Source: a virus. Taken from it: 64,000 nucleotides of DNA. Positions 17,310 to 27,800 of the stretch are shown one piece after another. Where the stretch lies: positions 10,411 to 74,410 of the IMG/VR virus record IMGVR_UViG_3300020470_000460. The stretch is one strand, 5' to 3'. The translations under genes were made by a program, and so were the position numbers. The notes beneath the pieces are model-generated. The model searched no databases. It was given only the letters and a program-made list of their open reading frames with translations, and was not told where the DNA came from. The first letter of the stretch is position 1. Each line of letters starts with the position of its first letter.

Positions 17310-18864
17310 AGATATTATCCTTTAGATATTGATAATGAGATGGTAATGTATCAACCCACTCTAACATATGCTCTTTATTTTTGCAATAGTCTTTATGATA
17401 TTGTTCAATCTCTTTGAATCTTTCTTCATCTGCTCTCTCATTTAATATAGATCTAGTAAATGGTTTGTATCCCATTCCTGCTGAAATATATATTGTCCCT
17501 TCACCTAACATACTAGGATCATATACCTTAGTCTCTAATGTATCTAATAATCGTCTATAATCACTAATAGCATGTAATGATGACTCATCAGGATTATCAG
17601 TAAATTTATAGAATCTTTCAACATTATTAGTGGCATCCCTCCAGTATGGAGTATCTTCTCTCATACTGAAAGTATAATGATTTACCACGAAATTCTTATA
17701 TGATTCTAATAGTTTATTAGTAGCATAATTATATGCTATACGATCTTGATTAACTACATGTCCATCACGAGTAGATAATATATCATCTAAGAAAATAATA
17801 TTATCATGTGTAGTGACCAGTCCAGTTGATTCTAATGGTTCTATGAATCCATATGCTAGACCAATACCTACAACATTATTAACCCATCCCACCTTGTGCT
17901 TACCATGCTTTATTTTTATAGGCATTAATGGGCATTCTTGGTCATCTAGATACTCTCTAAACTCCTCCTCTGCCTCAGCATCAGAGATATATTTACTAGA
18001 GTAAACATATCCTGTACCTATATTATTCCACATGGGAATATTATATACCCATCCATTCTTCATTGCAACACAGTCAGTGAAAGTATCCATCTGTGTCTCT
18101 TTATCCTTATATTCAATATGTGTTGCTAATGCTCTATCATTGAATAATTGATCTGTGAATGGAATAAATGGTACACCCATGTGCTGCTCTAATAGCAGTG
18201 ATCTAAATCCTGTGCAATCTATGAATAGATCAGCACTAATTGCTTGACCATCTGTTGTAGTGATAGCAGATATATTTCCATCAGGTGTCTTAACTACATT
18301 ATGTACTTCACCTACTAAATGATGACAACCATTTGGTACTGCTATATTATCTCTTAAATACTCACCAAACTTATCAGCATTGAGATGATAAGCAAGATCA
18401 GTATCAGGATTATAATATGAATCAGGTATCTCTTTGGTTATCTTACCATGCTCTGTTGGATATGTTAATGGATTAACAAACCTAGCAAACTCATCTGAAT
18501 CATAATCATATACCCATGATGCCTCAAAGTATTTCTGAATATGAAATGGTGTCTCATCACGTGGTGGACCAAATGCTCCAAAAGGATATTGAAATGACTC
18601 ACCCTTTCCTTCTTTAAAATTCTTAAATCTAATTGATGACTTATATGTAGCATTACAATGTGTCATCCAGTCTTCATCCTTAAGACCTAATCTTAATAGA
18701 AATCTATTAAAATCTGCCAGAGTTGATTCACCTACACCTATAGGTTTAATATCAGGAGATTCTATTAGACATATCTCAATGTCTGGATGTGACTTAGATA
18801 GCAATGCTGCTGTCATCCATCCTGATGTACCACCACCTACAATACAAATAGATTCAACTCGCAT
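17293..18864 (-). CDS. prnA: Flavin-dependent (tryptophan) halogenase-like
   Basis: GGGTSG, GVGEST, ATYK catalytic Lys, FIDCTGF, GWVYNIP, FIEPLESTG. Confidence 0.9.
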   Translation of the reverse strand: MRVESICIVGGGTSGWMTAALLSKSHPDIEICLIESPDIKPIGVGESTLADFNRFLLRLGLKDEDWMTHCNATYKSSIRFKNFKEGKGESFQYPFGAFGPPRDETPFHIQKYFEASWVYDYDSDEFARFVNPLTYPTEHGKITKEIPDSYYNPDTDLAYHLNADKFGEYLRDNIAVPNGCHHLVGEVHNVVKTPDGNISAITTTDGQAISADLFIDCTGFRSLLLEQHMGVPFIPFTDQLFNDRALATHIEYKDKETQMDTFTDCVAMKNGWVYNIPMWNNIGTGYVYSSKYISDAEAEEEFREYLDDQECPLMPIKIKHGKHKVGWVNNVVGIGLAYGFIEPLESTGLVTTHDNIIFLDDILSTRDGHVVNQDRIAYNYATNKLLESYKNFVVNHYTFSMREDTPYWRDATNNVERFYKFTDNPDESSLHAISDYRRLLDTLETKVYDPSMLGEGTIYISAGMGYKPFTRSILNERADEERFKEIEQYHKDYCKNKEHMLEWVDTLPSHYQYLKDNIYVESV

Positions 18865-20311
18865 ATAGATTCTCCTTATAGTAATCGTATGGGCACTGTA
18901 ATTTATCTATACCCTTCCAAGGATCAGGTACATGCTCTGGTACCGTGCCACCTGCATAGTAGTCAAGTTCTTTATAAACTAGATCACTAAATGGATTCCA
19001 TCCTTGACCTGCTTGGACATAGAATGATCCTTCACTTGATAGATCACCCCAGTTATATGCGTCACCAAATGTTGAAGATGGTAATCCTAGATTCCTCTGG
19101 AATCTAAAGAAGCAATGATCATCAGGATAATGCTTATCACATATATGCTGCCAATATGGTGTGTCATTACGTTGAGTATATGCAAAGTGTGATGCTACAA
19201 ACATAGCAAACTCATCGAAACTACCATTACAATTATTATTAAATGTATCTCTCATTAGTTGTGTAACAGTATCTCTACCATCCATCACACGTAAGAACAT
19301 CAATAAGAAATTATGTATGGATAGTATACCATTAGATTCTAATGGTTCAAGGAAACCAGCAGACAATCCAATTGATATTACATTACCATTCCACATCTCC
19401 TTTCTTCTACCTGTTGTCCATTTAATAACACGGAACATCTTGTCAGTATATGCTCCTACATCTGACTCTATATTATCTGCAAGATAATCTCTAAACTCAT
19501 CTATTGCTTCTTGATCTGAGCAGAACTTATCACAATATACATATCCACTACCTATTCTAGTCCACGTGGGTACATTCCAACACCAACCATTATCAAGAGC
19601 AACACAATCTGTGACTGGTTTCATTTGCTCTTCTTTATTATTATAGGCAAACCTGGTCACAACTGCACTATTATTTGGCAGTATGTCACTCATATCCACC
19701 CAAGGTGAATCATTTAATAGTGATTTGAATCCTGTGCAATCAAAATATAGATCTGCTTTAGGTAATCTCTTAGGGTTTATCTTCCTCTTAACATGTCTAA
19801 CACCACGAGGTAGTGCAAAATTATCTCTTAACCACTCACCAAACTTAACTGCATCAAAATGGAATCCAGTATATTTGTGTAGATCCCAGTAATCATTTGT
19901 TAATGGTAGTTTATTCTGTGTTACACATGCTGCTGCATAACTATAGTCTTCAGCAAACTTAGAATTATTCCATCCATACTTCTTCTGATAATACCACCAC
20001 TGTGCAGGTTCAAATAAATCACCCCTTGGCGGACCAAATGGGTACTGCCAAGGGGTATCCCCTTTCTTATGAAAATTATGAAATCTTACACTTGCTTTAT
20101 ATGTTGCATCACATGCCTCCATCCAATCCTCATCCTTCAGATCAAGGAAGTGACACCATAGTCTAAAAAATTGTGTGGTTGACTCACCTACACCAACAGA
20201 GGGAGTCTTAGCATCTTCGTACAAAACAATATCCCAATCGGGATATGCTTTGACCAGCGTAGATGCAGTCATCCAACCAGCGGTACCACCGCCAACAATA
20301 ACAATTTTCAT
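18854..20311 (-). CDS. prnA: Flavin-dependent (tryptophan) halogenase-like
   Basis: GGGTAG, GVGEST, ATYK, GWCWNVP, FLEPLESNG. Confidence 0.9.
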   Translation of the reverse strand: MKIVIVGGGTAGWMTASTLVKAYPDWDIVLYEDAKTPSVGVGESTTQFFRLWCHFLDLKDEDWMEACDATYKASVRFHNFHKKGDTPWQYPFGPPRGDLFEPAQWWYYQKKYGWNNSKFAEDYSYAAACVTQNKLPLTNDYWDLHKYTGFHFDAVKFGEWLRDNFALPRGVRHVKRKINPKRLPKADLYFDCTGFKSLLNDSPWVDMSDILPNNSAVVTRFAYNNKEEQMKPVTDCVALDNGWCWNVPTWTRIGSGYVYCDKFCSDQEAIDEFRDYLADNIESDVGAYTDKMFRVIKWTTGRRKEMWNGNVISIGLSAGFLEPLESNGILSIHNFLLMFLRVMDGRDTVTQLMRDTFNNNCNGSFDEFAMFVASHFAYTQRNDTPYWQHICDKHYPDDHCFFRFQRNLGLPSSTFGDAYNWGDLSSEGSFYVQAGQGWNPFSDLVYKELDYYAGGTVPEHVPDPWKGIDKLQCPYDYYKENLYAS

Positions 20312-20335
20312 AACGAATCTGTTCTGTTTTGTATT

Positions 20336-20764
20336 CTACCCTGGAGGTACCCAGTTGTCAACCCAAGGATCCCAAGGATCTCTTCCTTCTAGTTGGATCT
20401 TCTTAGGATCTTGTACAAATGGGGGAATAGATGCTGGTGCAGCAACAGTTGCTTTCACGTTTGCTACGTGATCTTTCCAACGTGTACCACCATCTAATGA
20501 GTCTTTGTACTGCATATCCAACTGTTCACCTACGTCACCGTAAGCAATAATTCTGTCAACGACTGCTTCTTCACGTAAATCTTCATTGTCATGATGATCT
20601 ACTAGCACACCATTGACCATTTGCTTATCAAAGTTAGCGTCATCAGGCACTTCACACCACTTCATAGTTGCATCAGCACCTTCATAAATTTCAAATTTGT
20701 CTGCTTCATCACAGATATCAGATAATGCACCTGTGTCTTTAGAAACGATTGCCCATTTAGCCAT
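20336..20764 (-). CDS. Putative tail-fibre assembly/chaperone protein
   Basis: R..AY.DVGEQLDM.Y...WKDHV..VK motif; follows fibre genes. Confidence 0.55.
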   Translation of the reverse strand: MAKWAIVSKDTGALSDICDEADKFEIYEGADATMKWCEVPDDANFDKQMVNGVLVDHHDNEDLREEAVVDRIIAYGDVGEQLDMQYKDSLDGGTRWKDHVANVKATVAAPASIPPFVQDPKKIQLEGRDPWDPWVDNWVPPG

Positions 20765-20795
20765 GATTGATTAAATCTCCTTGTAAATCTATTTA

Positions 20796-21620
20796 TTAAC
20801 CGTAGTATTCGTAAACTACTACTACACCTTCTCGACCTCTAGCACCTCGGTTACCCTCACGAGCACCATTACCACCTGATCCCCAAGCAGCATGTGATTG
20901 ATGCCTATGGGAATAATTTTCTTGCTGGTGACTAGCAGGTTGTGATCCACCCATATAGGATGCACCAGACGTATAGTTACCGTATTTAGACCAGTTACCG
21001 TAACCATTTCCACCGCCACCATAGGCGTTCATGTTACCACCTGATCCATTACCACCATACCCACCAGCGTGTTGCTGTGAGCAGTTGGCACCAATACCTG
21101 CCGAAGCACTACAGTATCCACCAAAAGATGATCCGTTACCGTTACCACCACAACCAGCGTAACTAGTACCACCACCTGGGTTACCAACTGAAACACTTAC
21201 AGATGATACATTACTTACATCAATAACTCTTTCAGAGAATCCACCAGCACCACCTGATTCACATTTACCTGATCCTCCACCACCTGCACCAACTACTTGG
21301 ACTCTAATACTTTTTACATCAGATGGTCTATACCATGTACCGTTACCAGTCCATACTTGCATGGATCTAAATCCAGCACCACCACTACCTCCACCTGATA
21401 TATCTGTTGACCAGACGAGGTTTGTACCATTGGTGCTTAAGAATTGTCCTGACTGACCTGAGAAATCAGGTATATTGAAGTTAGAACTACCAGTAATAGT
21501 ACCATTTATGTTTATGTCATTGACCTTGAGCGTCCCGTTGCAGGTGATAGATCCACTCGATAGAGTGAAACCACCTAGACCAGCGAGGTCAGTAACTCCT
21601 GTAACTTTAAGAACACTCAT
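20796..21620 (-). CDS. Glycine-rich tail-fibre/adhesin-like protein, paralog 3
   Basis: Start MSVLKV at 21620; GTW..P..V....V.VVGAGGGG...G.VVV.E.YG. Confidence 0.8.
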   Translation of the reverse strand: MSVLKVTGVTDLAGLGGFTLSSGSITCNGTLKVNDININGTITGSSNFNIPDFSGQSGQFLSTNGTNLVWSTDISGGGSGGAGFRSMQVWTGNGTWYRPSDVKSIRVQVVGAGGGGSGKCESGGAGGFSERVIDVSNVSSVSVSVGNPGGGTSYAGCGGNGNGSSFGGYCSASAGIGANCSQQHAGGYGGNGSGGNMNAYGGGGNGYGNWSKYGNYTSGASYMGGSQPASHQQENYSHRHQSHAAWGSGGNGAREGNRGARGREGVVVVYEYYG

Positions 21621-22426
21621 CCGTAGAACTCCTGAACGATAACGATACCTTCTCTTCCTCTGGCACCACGACCTCCGTGTTTTGCTCCATTTCCACCAGC
21701 ACCCCATGCACAGTGTGATTGGTGTCTATGAGAGTAATTACCTTGGTTATGAGAGGAAGGTTGTGTGCCTCCTATGTATGACATACCAGCAGTGACGCAA
21801 CCGAATGACCAGTGAGATCCATGTCCGTTACCTCCACCACCATATACATTCAGGTTACCACCTGAACCATTTCCACCAATTCCTCCAGCATGCTGTTGTC
21901 TACAGTTTGCACCGTATCCTCCAGACGCAGAGCAATAACCACCGAATGATGAAGTATTACCTCCACCACCACATCCAGAATAGTTAGATCCTCCACCTGG
22001 ATTACCTACCGAAACTGATATAGATGATACGTTTGATACATCTATTACCCTTTCTGCCATTCCACCAGCACCACCAGATTCAGTATAACCTGATCCACCG
22101 CCACCAGCACCTACAACAGTAACAATAATAGTACCTACATCAGATGGTTTATACCATGTGCCATTACCAGTCCATACTTGCATGGATCTGATACCAGTAC
22201 CAGCACTAACTCCTGACCAAACATACTCAGAACCAGTGGATCTCAATGCTTTACCTTCGTTACCACCCATAGGAGGTACAACGAAAGTTGATCCACCACG
22301 AATCGCACCGTTAATGACCACATTAGAGCATGTCAGGGTAGTTGTGGCAGTGATACCACCACCAGCAAGCATGAATCCTTGTGCTCCAGTTAAGTCTTTT
22401 AGTGCTGATACTTTAAGTTTTGACAT
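21617..22426 (-). CDS. Glycine-rich tail-fibre/adhesin-like protein, paralog 2
   Basis: Same architecture. Confidence 0.8.
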   Translation of the reverse strand: MSKLKVSALKDLTGAQGFMLAGGGITATTTLTCSNVVINGAIRGGSTFVVPPMGGNEGKALRSTGSEYVWSGVSAGTGIRSMQVWTGNGTWYKPSDVGTIIVTVVGAGGGGSGYTESGGAGGMAERVIDVSNVSSISVSVGNPGGGSNYSGCGGGGNTSSFGGYCSASGGYGANCRQQHAGGIGGNGSGGNLNVYGGGGNGHGSHWSFGCVTAGMSYIGGTQPSSHNQGNYSHRHQSHCAWGAGGNGAKHGGRGARGREGIVIVQEFYG

Positions 22427-22429
22427 GTC

Positions 22430-23239
22430 TTAACCGTAAAATTCATGTACAACTACGACACCTTCACGACCTCTTGCACCACGTCCACCTTCTCTACATC
22501 CATTACCACCTGATCCCCAGGCAGCATGTGATTGGTGTCTATGTGCATAGTTTTGCTGTTGGTGAGATGCAGGTTGTCCTCCACCCCAATATGATTTACC
22601 ACATGTGTGGTTACCATAAGTGTAATGAGATCCGTGTCCTGATCCCCCTCCACCGTAAATATTTAGTGATCCACCTGATCCGTTACCACCATATCCTCCT
22701 GCATGTTGCTGAGAACAGTTAGCACCGATTCCTCTTGAAGCACTACAGTATCCACCGAATGACGATGAGTTTCCGTTACCACCACATCCAGCGTAATTAG
22801 TACCACCACCAGGATTACCTACTGTAACAGATACAGATGATACGTTAGTTACATCTATCTGTCTTTGTGCTGTACCTCCAGCACCACCTGATTCCATGAA
22901 TCCAGATCCACCTCCACCAGCACCAGTTACAGTCACCATAATGGTTTTAACATCAGATGGTTTATACCATGTACCGTTACCAGTCCAGACCTGCATAGAT
23001 CTAACACCAGAAGCAGATGATAAAGTACCCCAAGTGAGTGCTGACCCATTAGTTGAGATATATTCATCAGTGTGACCTGATGGATTGGGGAGAATATATG
23101 CAGACGAACCTGCTAATGTACCACTAATTTCTATGTCTTGTACATTAAGAGTACCATTGGCAGTGATACCCCCACTCGTGAAAGTAAACCCTCCAATACC
23201 ACCTACGTCTTTTATAGCTCCCAGGTTTAACTGTGCCAT
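22430..23239 (-). CDS. Glycine-rich tail-fibre/adhesin-like protein, paralog 1
   Basis: Same architecture. Confidence 0.8.
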   Translation of the reverse strand: MAQLNLGAIKDVGGIGGFTFTSGGITANGTLNVQDIEISGTLAGSSAYILPNPSGHTDEYISTNGSALTWGTLSSASGVRSMQVWTGNGTWYKPSDVKTIMVTVTGAGGGGSGFMESGGAGGTAQRQIDVTNVSSVSVTVGNPGGGTNYAGCGGNGNSSSFGGYCSASRGIGANCSQQHAGGYGGNGSGGSLNIYGGGGSGHGSHYTYGNHTCGKSYWGGGQPASHQQQNYAHRHQSHAAWGSGGNGCREGGRGARGREGVVVVHEFYG

Positions 23240-23276
23240 ACTAAACTACTACCTGTATGTTTCTATTTATCATTAT

Positions 23277-23894
23277 TTATATCAGATATTTACCACCGTG
23301 TCCTTGATTCTGAGCAAAGGGATTATGTTCACTTATGTCTAAGCAACTACTCATACCCTCAAAATCAGCAGACAAATTGAATGCGATAGATATCCTATCA
23401 TCATCACTCTCATTCTCAGTCACGTCATGCTCCAACCATGATGGGAAATATATTAATGTCCCTGGTTGTGGTTCGATTTCGTGATAATCTAAACCATCAT
23501 TAAAATACTCATGATCTCTTTGCACTTGGACTAATGGACCTCTAGGATCCCAAAATCTTATGCTACCTGAGTATTTAGGCACCTTCACATAGTATACTCC
23601 TGATAATAATATATTAGTATCAGCATGTAAATGCCTCTTATTACTAGCACCTTTAGGGTTTATATTACACCAAGAGTATACACACAAATCCTTTAATGGT
23701 TTGTCCTCTCTAAATGGACAATTAGCAGCAATAAGATCTACCCAATCCCTATTATAAAACAAATCACCCTGATAACCTCCATTACTGGAGTAAGGGTGAT
23801 TAGGTTCAGTCTTAGAGAAATTATATATCTCTTCTGCTAACTTATCATTGTCAAAATCAATTCTCTTAATCCAGAGAGGGGTGCCAAATATCAT
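23277..23894 (-). CDS. 2OG-Fe(II) oxygenase (TIGR02466-like)
   Basis: HLH, SGVYY, FPSWLEH, RISIAFN. Confidence 0.9.
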   Translation of the reverse strand: MIFGTPLWIKRIDFDNDKLAEEIYNFSKTEPNHPYSSNGGYQGDLFYNRDWVDLIAANCPFREDKPLKDLCVYSWCNINPKGASNKRHLHADTNILLSGVYYVKVPKYSGSIRFWDPRGPLVQVQRDHEYFNDGLDYHEIEPQPGTLIYFPSWLEHDVTENESDDDRISIAFNLSADFEGMSSCLDISEHNPFAQNQGHGGKYLI

Positions 23895-23908
23895 AATAAA
23901 AAAATTAA

Positions 23909-24784
23909 TTAACTAAAGTTTCGATAATGTCCTAGGACTACAAATTCTTCGTTATCATCTTGGTTTTTAGGTACCTTATCTATAATAAGGAAGTCACACA
24001 TAGCATAGTCATTACCCATACTTGGACCTCCTCTGGTTGTGCACCATTCAATAGGACAGTTTACACCAAGAATACTTATAGAGGATGGTAATCCGTTAGC
24101 ACCTGCATTCTCACAAATAACTCTAAAGTGATATAAACTACCATCACCATTGTGCTCATCCATATCAGTGAGATTTAATCTCCAGTTACCACCACCATTT
24201 CTTGTAACATATATTGTGTTACCATTGTTAATACTATGAGTTACATCACCACTATACTCAGCATAAAACTTACAATGCTCTTTACGACCACCTGAGAAGT
24301 GCATTCCAGTTGATCTAAAATCTTCAGTTATTATATCTACAACCTCAAGGTTTAACATGTCATCACCACCGAGGATATTCCACGTGGCATTATTTTCAAT
24401 CGTGACAGTATAACCGTTTGCAATAGTAATAGGACCTGCTGAGAAACCGTTGGTGAATTCCACACCACCGTTAGCAACTGGACCTATAGTTAAATTCTCT
24501 TCAATAGTAGTGCCGTTAGTCCTAATTATACTATTCTCACCAACACTTGGACCTCCTCCACCTACGTCCGTCCAACCTGGAACACCCTGAGCAGCATCTT
24601 GCTTATAGATCTGTGCCATGTCCTCGGTACTATTATACACAATGGTACCATAGGCAGGTGTGCCCAATGCTGTTACTGCTGATTGGTTAAGAGCAGGTAG
24701 ATTGAGTTGCTCTGTCAACTGTAGTGCCTCCATTATGGCACGAGTTGAAGCATCAATCTGATTTCCAATTATCTTGGTGGACAT
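23909..24784 (-). CDS. Tail-fibre-associated structural protein
   Basis: IIRTN..TI.EN.TI...NG.SAGPITI..G.TVT motif; late promoter CTAAATA at 24801-24807. Confidence 0.65.
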   Translation of the reverse strand: MSTKIIGNQIDASTRAIMEALQLTEQLNLPALNQSAVTALGTPAYGTIVYNSTEDMAQIYKQDAAQGVPGWTDVGGGGPSVGENSIIRTNGTTIEENLTIGPVANGGVEFTNGFSAGPITIANGYTVTIENNATWNILGGDDMLNLEVVDIITEDFRSTGMHFSGGRKEHCKFYAEYSGDVTHSINNGNTIYVTRNGGGNWRLNLTDMDEHNGDGSLYHFRVICENAGANGLPSSISILGVNCPIEWCTTRGGPSMGNDYAMCDFLIIDKVPKNQDDNEEFVVLGHYRNFS

Positions 24785-24809
24785 GATTACCCTTTTATAC
24801 TATTTAGTT

Positions 24810-27800
24810 TTATATAACGAGTTCACGTATCTGTATGTTATCTCCTGTCTGTGGTGTAGTGCCAACAGAGAAGTCTACAGAGTTTGCAGTAACAGTATAA
24901 TCAACACCAGGAACTTGAGCAACACCATTTAGGAATACTAAGAGTGAATATGCTGTATGTCCAGGAGATATGGCAAATGATGTAGCAACACCATTACCTG
25001 TATACATGACACCGTTGTTACTATTAGTAACACCAGTTGCAAGGGTATACTTATCTGCACATCCATACTTACCAGTCACATCTATATCACCTGTAATTGC
25101 TACATTACCTGTGATCCTCATTCTATTAAGTGCGTCTGGTGCTTCACCAATACCATAATGAGTCACACCTGAGAACCTATTAGATGTAATAGGTGCAGTA
25201 TCACTTAGACCAAACTTATACCAAGTACCTGAGTCATATATCCAACCTAGGTATGTTCCTGGAGTCCAGTCTACATTATAACAAATATCACCAGTGTTGA
25301 ATGCTGATCCTGCGGTTACTGTTGGATTACCAGTACCATCATCCTCAGCAAGGAATGTATTCTTCAAAACAGTACCATCATCGTTAGATAAGGTAAAGTT
25401 TAGTGTCTGCAATGTATCCTGAGAAGTTATCTTCTTCTGGAATGTAGCAGGACCAGAGAATACTGATTCCAACTGGTTAGATGCACCACCGATAACAGTC
25501 AATTTATCAGTAAGCACAATCTCACTGAAGGTCTCAATAGTTGTACCTTCTTCACCCAACACGTTAAGTTGAGCAATATCTTCGTTAGTGATCTGACCTG
25601 TAACTGGGTTAATAACCTGGTTACCAACAAACAACTCACCATCACTGTTAACACCAGAGTAGTATGCAACACCCGCAGATTCTTTAAGTGACTGTGATAG
25701 TCTGACCTGTGCTGGTGTTAATACTTCTACCTGTGTAGATGGGAATGCAGTTGAGTAGTTACCTGGACCAAATCCAAGATACTCAAACGTGTGACCTGAT
25801 GCTCTGAGAATTGAGTATCTTCGTAACTCACAGAGTAGAGGTTGTACTGAGTTATCAGCATTCAACTTCAGTGCAATCTTTCTTTCTTCAGCATCACCTA
25901 GTCTTGCAGTAACACTAATACCATTCAATACGTTAGATGTAGTGTTATATCCTAGGTTATTCTCTGTCTCCAGTAAGAAGAACTGTGATGTCTCTTTAGT
26001 AAGAGATCTTTGTGTGTCCTCATTAGGAGTAGGAGATGCACCGTCAGTAGTAGTAACAACACCAAGTGTTTCATTACTTGCTATAGATACTGCTGCTGAT
26101 GGGTCTGCTACTGGGTTGTCTCTGTCAAATGCAGGATATAAGTCTACAACTGCCTGAGAGAATGCGAAGTCATTAAAGTTAGACGTTGATGGTGCTACAC
26201 TAGCATTAAGTAACGTCAAATAATATATACCGTCAGTCACACCCTTAACAAACGTTTGATGTGTCTCTACAGCATATATGTAATATGCTTTGGTATATGC
26301 TGGGCTATTGGTTTCACTACTTCGTGGTTGGACAACAAAACCTGTGATAGGTGCTCTAGGTACGGGAAATGCGTCCTTGTCCAATACATAGCGGTACCTG
26401 TAAATCCTGTCAACAAGGTTTCTAGCATCGGGTACCCTCCTTATAAAGGTAGTAGGTGTGAATCCAAGGTTTTGATATATGCTATTTGCTTGTAGTGTTG
26501 TGTATATGGTATTAGCAGATCCATCTACTTGTAAATACCACTGACTATTAACACTATCCCATTTAACTGGGTTGTCATCGTCACCTGCTTTAGTACCTGT
26601 TACCAATGGTCCTGAAGGACTTATATCAGCATAGTGCGTAGTAGGTTCACTTGCTCCACTGGCAATTAAGAGCACATACAGGCGATCTGGGGTATTAACG
26701 TCATCACGTCTAGCACCCACAGTATAGCCTTGTACTTTCGCTGGTGGTTTGCCAGTTTCTACAGTATATCCATATAAAAATAGTTTTGTCGGGTCTGCAA
26801 CACTCTTAGTCTTATTGATATCAATAGTAACCCAGTTGATTGATATCTCTGATACATCACTTAAAGACTTAGGTGGTATTACATGTGTAACTTGCCCTGC
26901 TTTATCTTTCGTAAATGCTGCACTCTTAAAGCCTTTAGATCGGAGAGAAGTGTTACCAAAGTTTGAGTTCGAGTTGGTAATCGAGAGATCTCCTCCGCTG
27001 TCAGCGAAGAAATGGTCTCCAAATCCGACAGCGAATACTGAGACGACTTGGATGAATGCGTCGTTAGATGCGTAGATGTGTCTGTGTCGCCAACCTTTTC
27101 TGTATTTGGCGAGTCCATTAATATGAGCACCAGATCCCGCAGCTTGGGGTTCATATGCTCCAGTAGTTTGGTTGTATATGACGAATGCTCTGTCATCTTT
27201 CTGTAGGGAGATTCCAGTAAACTGGGCAACAACCATTGACTTGAAACCTGTTGCTTGACTACCATCAGCATGCATACCATTGATACCCCATACTGATCTT
27301 AGAGAGCAGTTGAAGACATATGGTGAGGCAGAGTCAACCGTATCAATCTCGACCTTGACTAGTACATTATTACCCAGTGCGTTACCTGATGGCTCGGAAG
27401 ACATCTGGTATGTAAATTGGTTACCTTGTGCACTGGTTACCAGGAAACTACCATTATAGAGGAGAGCATCTTGGTCAGTAGGACCAGTAACACCAGATAT
27501 ATTAACAGCGACACCCACGGAGAACCCATGATTCTTCGGGTTACCGAGTTCATCAACTGTAAATGCTGTTGCAGTTTGTCCATTTCTTATGATCTGTGAT
27601 ACTGCAAATTCATCAGAGATCGGACCTACAATTCTGTTTTCCTCGACCCTTGCTTGCATCTGGTCTTGAGAAACAATACCAGAGGTGTCAGGAATTACAG
27701 CGTATCCTTTTGATATCTTTTGGTAATATAATTCTAGATCTTCTACGTTAGCAAACTCAAAACACGTGAGTTTATGGTGTGAGAAGTTTGGTGCAATCTG

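Noticed and set aside
20796-23239. Diversity-generating retroelement or invertase-driven fibre switching
   Set aside because: No reverse transcriptase or recombinase in the window; the copies are full direct-orientation genes without evident adenine-specific variation.
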